Both the position numbers and the translations under genes were made by a program. The notes beneath the pieces are model-generated. The model was not told the origin of the DNA. It worked only from the letters and a program-made list of their open reading frames with translations, and did no database searches. From a virus: a stretch of DNA of 10,304 nucleotides. The stretch lies in the UHGV virus genome UHGV-1714029; one strand, written 5' to 3'. Position 1 is the stretch's first letter; each line of letters begins with the position of its first letter. Below, piece by piece: positions 6,623-10,304 of the stretch.

Positions 6623-6637
6623 GTACCTCAAAGGTAA
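6623..6637. promoter_or_regulatory. Operator-like palindrome downstream of the tR1-like terminator
   Basis: GTACC-tcaaa-GGTAA, a 9/10 match to the TTACC-N5-GGTAA motif, about 80 nt upstream of the next gene. Confidence 0.4.
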
Positions 6638-6717
6638 TAAAAAACCAAATCTGGTTGATCTTTTTTTTGTGTCAGCACAAAATAACCGTAATCCCAATAC
6701 TAATAACAGGGCTTACC

Positions 6718-6918
6718 ATGGAAATCATTACACGTATTGATGCCGCAAAGCGCGGACTTAAACGCTATTACACCGGAAAACAATGTAAGCACGGACATGA
6801 CAGTGAACGCTGGGTTTACAACGGACACTGTGTTGAGTGCACCATGGAATCAAACCGTCGCATCAGGGCAGAGATTAAGCAGATCATGATTAATTCCTCC
6901 CCACAACATTCAAGCTGA
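6718..6918 (+). CDS. Small Cys/His-rich protein (putative zinc-binding regulator, cII position)
   Basis: 66 aa from ATG 6718 (SD AGGG 6 nt upstream): MEIITRIDAAKRGLKRYYTGKQCKHGHDSERWVYNGHCVEC... with a C-x-H-x-H ... H-C-x-x-C arrangement. The TTG-initiated 87-aa form in the ORF track is unlikely. Confidence 0.55.
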   Translation: MEIITRIDAAKRGLKRYYTGKQCKHGHDSERWVYNGHCVECTMESNRRIRAEIKQIMINSSPQHSS

Positions 6919-6933
6919 TAGCGGAGATTAATC

Positions 6934-7749
6934 ATGAGCAGACATGCAACAGATTGGGCCTGGGAGACAGATCCAGGTAGCTCGTCATTAAAGCTCATAC
7001 TGCTCTCGATGGCTGACAGAGCCGATGAATATAACCTCTGCTACCCCAGCATAGAACGCCTCGTTAAAGACACTTGCCTGAATAAAAAAACCGTGCAGGC
7101 CGGGCTTATATCGCTCATGAAAATGGGTCTTATTTCAGATACCGGAGAGAGAAAGGGGGCGACGAAAAGAGTACGGGTTTTCTCTCTTAATATAACCAAA
7201 AACGGGAACATTAAAGGCGACCGGGAGGGGGGTAATGAACCCGAAAACGGTAATGAACCCGAAAACGGGAATATACCCAAAAACGGGATGTTGAATGATC
7301 CCAAAAACGGGATGTTGAATGATCCCAAAAACGGGATCCAGAACCAGTCATATAACCAGTCATTTAACCAAGAGAGGGAGAGCAGGACAAAAAACGGGGA
7401 TTCTGTGCATCATGACCCCGGCGCAAACAACGCCGTGATGAATAACTTTGTTCCTCCTGGTGGGCCAGGGCAATTAGGCAAATTTGTCATGCATGAACAA
7501 TGGCAACCATCAGATGACTTTCTTCGGAAAAGCTCATTGCAGGGGATCTACCTGGACAGTCTGCCAACGGCACAGGAACTTGCAGAGTTCAGAATTTACT
7601 GGATGGCTGAGGGTAAGGCATACCATCAGGCACAGTGGGAGCAGAAGCTGGCAAGGCGGCTGCAGATTAGCAGACAGAAGCAATCAACATTATCTGATAA
7701 CAACGTTCCGCACTGGAACAGCCCTGAAGCATGGGAGGATTTCTTGTGA
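6934..7749 (+). CDS. Replication initiator, lambda O-like (N-terminal HTH domain, iteron-encoded low-complexity linker)
   Basis: N-terminus DWAWETDPGSSSLKLILLSMADRADEYNLCYPSIERLVKDTCLNKKTVQAGLISLMKMGLI is a replication-protein HTH. Middle NGNEPENGNEPENGNIPKNGMLNDPKNGMLNDPKNG is encoded by tandem DNA iterons. TGA stop overlaps the P-like GTG. Confidence 0.8.
   Translation: MSRHATDWAWETDPGSSSLKLILLSMADRADEYNLCYPSIERLVKDTCLNKKTVQAGLISLMKMGLISDTGERKGATKRVRVFSLNITKNGNIKGDREGGNEPENGNEPENGNIPKNGMLNDPKNGMLNDPKNGIQNQSYNQSFNQERESRTKNGDSVHHDPGANNAVMNNFVPPGGPGQLGKFVMHEQWQPSDDFLRKSSLQGIYLDSLPTAQELAEFRIYWMAEGKAYHQAQWEQKLARRLQISRQKQSTLSDNNVPHWNSPEAWEDFL
7196..7399. repeat. Iteron array / probable origin of replication embedded in the O-like gene
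   Basis: Seven copies of CC(C)-R-AAAACGGG: a tandem block 7231-7332 with unit lengths 18, 18, 18, 24, 24 bp, plus outliers at 7196-7206 and 7389-7399. Each has short dyad symmetry (CCCG-AAAA-CGGG), like the lambda ori iterons. Confidence 0.7.
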
Positions 7750-8531
7750 ACAACGTTTTTACCGCGATACAAAACCGTGACGGAGAAGCCCTTTCTCGCA
7801 TGTCAGGTTATGAGCATCAGTACACCAACAATGACAACGTGGTGAACATGTCAGCAGAGAGGCTTGTTGATGCCCTTTTCAAACAGCTGAAACAACTGTT
7901 TCCGGCGGCAGTGGTAACCAACCTGAAGACGCCAGAGCAGGAAGTTGCTGCAAAACAGCAGTGGATTGCTGCGTTTGCCGAAGGGGGGATCCGAACCCGT
8001 GAACAGGTTTCTGCTGGTATGCGCCACGCCCGCGCCAGTGAATCTCCGTTCTGGCCGTCGCCAGGGCAATTCATCAAGTGGTGTAAAGACAGCAAGATGG
8101 TTCTTGGCGTCACCATTGACGATGTGATGGCGGAGTTTCACCGGTACAGCAAGGAAAAAAGTTTATATCCTGGTGGTCCCGAAAGATTCCCGTGGCGACA
8201 TCCGGTTATGTACTGGGTCGTATGTGATACCCGCCGTGCAATGTATCAGCGCCAGCTTAGCGAGATTGAGGTTGAGAAACACGCGCGCAGGCTGCTCGAT
8301 GATTGGGCGAAAAAGGTGGCTTCCGGACAGCAGATACCCGATCCGGTGATCAGCATACAGGCAAAGCCAGAACCCATGAGTACGCCTCCGGACACAGGGA
8401 GAGACGTTTACCATCCACCAGGGCGAAGTTTCGGGTGCATGCCTAACGCCGCCACCCTTGGGGGAATAACACCGGCGCAGTGGCTGATGGAGGAATACAG
8501 GCGGGGAAAGGCGTCAGGATTTATCAAGTAA
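7746..8531 (+). CDS. Replication protein P-like (DnaB helicase loader, lambda P family)
   Basis: Conserved core AAKQQWIAAFAEGGIRTREQVSAGMRHARASESPFWPSPGQFIKWC resembles lambda P. GTG 7746 overlaps the O-like stop (GTGA) 6 nt after SD GGGAGGA; an in-frame ATG at 7731 is the alternative start. Confidence 0.85.
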   Translation: MNNVFTAIQNRDGEALSRMSGYEHQYTNNDNVVNMSAERLVDALFKQLKQLFPAAVVTNLKTPEQEVAAKQQWIAAFAEGGIRTREQVSAGMRHARASESPFWPSPGQFIKWCKDSKMVLGVTIDDVMAEFHRYSKEKSLYPGGPERFPWRHPVMYWVVCDTRRAMYQRQLSEIEVEKHARRLLDDWAKKVASGQQIPDPVISIQAKPEPMSTPPDTGRDVYHPPGRSFGCMPNAATLGGITPAQWLMEEYRRGKASGFIK

Positions 8532-8536
8532 TACCA

Positions 8537-8557
8537 GCGCGATAGCGCATTTTTTTA
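8537..8557 (+). terminator. Weak intrinsic terminator candidate after the P-like gene
   Basis: GCGC-GATA-GCGC, a 4-bp GC stem, followed by A and seven T residues (8549-8556). The stem is short, so this is tentative. Confidence 0.3.
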
Positions 8558-8568
8558 CGTCTCGATAA

Positions 8569-8645
8569 TTACCTTCGAGGTAATAAAATATTCTAAAATC
8601 TATTGATTTCGTGTCTTATGTGGTTTTTAATTACCTAAGGGGTAA
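8569..8645. promoter_or_regulatory. Promoter/operator region upstream of the DUF1064 gene with two perfect operator palindromes
   Basis: TTACC-ttcga-GGTAA at 8569-8583 and TTACC-taagg-GGTAA at 8631-8645; TTGATT at 8604-8609 is a possible -35. The second site overlaps the RBS of the gene starting at 8649. Confidence 0.5.
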
Positions 8646-8648
8646 ATC

Positions 8649-8993
8649 ATGAGAAAACAGATACAGGCTCTTGGTCGACTCAAAACAGGCCAGATGAACA
8701 AAACAGAATCTGCGTATTGCCAGCACCTTGAGCTGCGTAAACGTGCAGGAGAAATCGTCTGGTATCGATTTGAGGGTATCAAGCTGCGGTTAGCTGACAA
8801 CACGTTCTATACGCCCGATTTTGCTGTGATGCTCGCCACCGGCGAGATGGAACTGCACGAAGTGAAAGGTTTCTGGAGCGACGACGCCAGGGTGAAAACC
8901 AAAGTCGCCGCAGATCAGTATCCGTTCCGAATCATCGGGGTAACGGTTAAACCAAAGAAAGCAGGTGGTGGCTGGAACATCGAAAAGTTCTGA
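8649..8993 (+). CDS. DUF1064-like phage protein with PD-(D/E)xK nuclease-like motifs
   Basis: 114 aa. YTPDF followed by ELHEVKG fits a PD-(D/E)xK core (D ... E-x-K). This family is typically found next to phage replication genes. Confidence 0.7.
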   Translation: MRKQIQALGRLKTGQMNKTESAYCQHLELRKRAGEIVWYRFEGIKLRLADNTFYTPDFAVMLATGEMELHEVKGFWSDDARVKTKVAADQYPFRIIGVTVKPKKAGGGWNIEKF

Positions 8994-9054
8994 ATCGACG
9001 ATCTTTTTAGTTATCAATGTAATCAATAAGTTATGTGGATAAGCGAGGGTAAAG

Positions 9055-9657
9055 ATGGAAAGTATGGCTGAAGGTATGATCAAAGATTTAGTGGCATCAG
9101 GGCATGCGTTAGCTGACGACATGACAGGCGCACCATCCGTGCTTGTTCGCTGTTTGGCAGCGCAACTGGAAGTTCAGTTGGTGCGTGCTAATGAGCTGGC
9201 CGAAGACCACCAGAGAGCGATTGAGTCAATTAAGCAGGCTGATGCAGCTGTTAAGTTGGCACACGAGAAGTTTTCGACGCTGGCAGCGGAGAATGCGGGG
9301 CTAAAGGCGATATGTGATGACCGTCGCAGATTCATCATGAATGGGGTGCAGATGGGTTATATCAAGGTGCCAGCAGCGGAAACAGATCCAGACCTTGAGA
9401 CAATTCGCATTGCTATATCACCACAAAAGCCCATTCCAGCCACCGATGCTTTCCTGTCTGAAGTGCGGGCGCAGGGGGTGGATGCTGCTATAGAAGCTGC
9501 AAAAAATCTGGTGGCCCAAGAATATGAGTATAAGGATTTCAAAGCGGCGCAGAGTGATTGCTGTATGCACCCTGGTTCAGACCTGGTAGGGAAGGTTGAA
9601 ATGACTGAGTGGTTAGTTGACTTTGCTGCCCAGCTTCGCAAAGGAGGCAACCAGTGA
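9055..9657 (+). CDS. Hypothetical phage protein (200 aa)
   Basis: ATG 9055 with SD GAGGG 5 nt upstream; TGA stop overlaps the next gene's GTG. No recognisable catalytic motif. Confidence 0.6.
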   Translation: MESMAEGMIKDLVASGHALADDMTGAPSVLVRCLAAQLEVQLVRANELAEDHQRAIESIKQADAAVKLAHEKFSTLAAENAGLKAICDDRRRFIMNGVQMGYIKVPAAETDPDLETIRIAISPQKPIPATDAFLSEVRAQGVDAAIEAAKNLVAQEYEYKDFKAAQSDCCMHPGSDLVGKVEMTEWLVDFAAQLRKGGNQ

Positions 9658-10253
9658 GCAAGATTGATTATCAGGCACTGCGTGCTAAGGCAGAAAAAGC
9701 AACGTGTGGCGAGTGGTCGCTCGAATATGGAGAGGGCCGATTTGATGGTGATGATGCTCTAATTCATCGCGAGGCTGCTGGATATATTCCCATTTGCAGA
9801 ATTGAAGGGGCGCATCCAGAAAGCGGTTTCGATGAAGATTTCCAAATGGAACAGCAGGCCAATGCTGAATTCATCGCCGCAGCCAATCCCGCTACCGTCT
9901 TAGCGCTGCTGGGCGAGCTGGAAGCAGAGGCAGTTATGTTCTGTATATCAGGACAAAATGTAGATTCAGAAGAACATGTATCAACCAGCAAAGCGGTTGT
10001 TGATGCCTGGGTTGAAGAATGGAATCAGGTTGACGGAAGTCCTGGCGAACCACTGTACAAAACTATGCCACTCTACTATCACGCTGCCTTGCCAGCGCCG
10101 GTAGTGCCGGAAGGGCTTGTTAAAGCGGTACGCTTTTATGAACAGGTAAAGTGTGAGAATCCGCCAGCCGAAACCGGAGCATGGAAAGACGCTGTTGACT
10201 GGGTACTCGAAGAAGCTTGCCAGGCTGTAAACATTGGCATCAAAGGAGGGTGA
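9654..10253 (+). CDS. ead/Ea22-like family phage protein (tentative)
   Basis: GTG 9654, 6 nt after SD AAGGAGG. N-terminal IDYQALRAKAEKATCGEW and the block NAEFIAAANPATVLALLGELEAE resemble the conserved N-terminal module of ead/Ea22-like prophage proteins, as recollected. Confidence 0.55.
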   Translation: MSKIDYQALRAKAEKATCGEWSLEYGEGRFDGDDALIHREAAGYIPICRIEGAHPESGFDEDFQMEQQANAEFIAAANPATVLALLGELEAEAVMFCISGQNVDSEEHVSTSKAVVDAWVEEWNQVDGSPGEPLYKTMPLYYHAALPAPVVPEGLVKAVRFYEQVKCENPPAETGAWKDAVDWVLEEACQAVNIGIKGG

Positions 10254-10254
10254 T

Positions 10255-10304
10255 ATGGCAACTTTGCAGGAATTAATCGACCTGACGCCAGAACAGGAAA
10301 AAGC
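10255..10304 (+). CDS. Start of a further phage ORF (partial, runs off the window)
   Basis: ATG 10255 preceded by SD AAGGAGGG and 2 nt after the upstream TGA; translation begins MATLQELIDLTPEQEK. Confidence 0.4.
   Translation, partial: MATLQELIDLTPEQEK

Larger units (their letters stand above)
154..10304. mobile_element. Lambdoid prophage, integrase-proximal arm through replication and nin-like region (left boundary approximate, right end beyond window)
   Basis: Contiguous phage gene set: integrase, AlpA-like, RecT, YqaJ-type exonuclease, repressor-like and Cro-like regulators, O-like and P-like replication genes, DUF1064 and ead-like genes, starting directly after the host guaA terminator. 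Confidence 0.85.

Noticed and set aside
6655-6717. TTG-initiated 5' extension of the small Cys/His ORF
   Set aside because: The extension is hydrophobic and low-complexity, starts at TTG without an SD, and overlaps the promoter region; ATG 6718 with an AGGG SD is preferred.
7041-7328. Minus-strand 95-aa ORF with repetitive FNIPFLGS peptide
   Set aside because: Generated by reading the iteron array on the opposite strand of the O-like gene; a repeat artefact.
7231-7332. Tandem repeats considered as a possible CRISPR array
   Set aside because: Units are contiguous with no unique spacers, lengths of 18-24 bp, and the array is in-frame inside a replication gene; these are iterons.

Overview
This window reads as the integrase-proximal half of a lambdoid (Rac/Gifsy-like) prophage inserted immediately downstream of the host guaA gene. 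Bases 1-74 encode the GuaA C-terminus, followed by its intrinsic terminator. A tyrosine integrase (267-1517, +) then runs convergently into a long leftward operon on the minus strand: a Trp-rich 50-aa ORF, a Gam/RacC-position 99-aa protein, a YqaJ-type exonuclease, RecT, an AlpA-family excisionase-like regulator, a 99-aa hypothetical, an MT-A70 adenine methyltransferase and an acidic 64-aa ORF. An immunity region follows, with a leftward two-HTH repressor-like gene lacking any LexA-like S24 peptidase domain and a divergent rightward Cro-like gene. The rightward operon carries a small Cys/His protein, a lambda O-like initiator with iterons embedded in its coding sequence, a lambda P-like helicase loader, a DUF1064 nuclease-like protein and ead/Ea22-like genes. 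The most striking non-coding signal is a 15-bp palindrome, TTACC-N5-GGTAA, present as perfect or near-perfect copies at every intergenic promoter region, including upstream of int. I found no tRNA, rRNA, CRISPR array or obvious defence-system enzyme. All protein calls rest on motif recognition from the translations, not on database searches.
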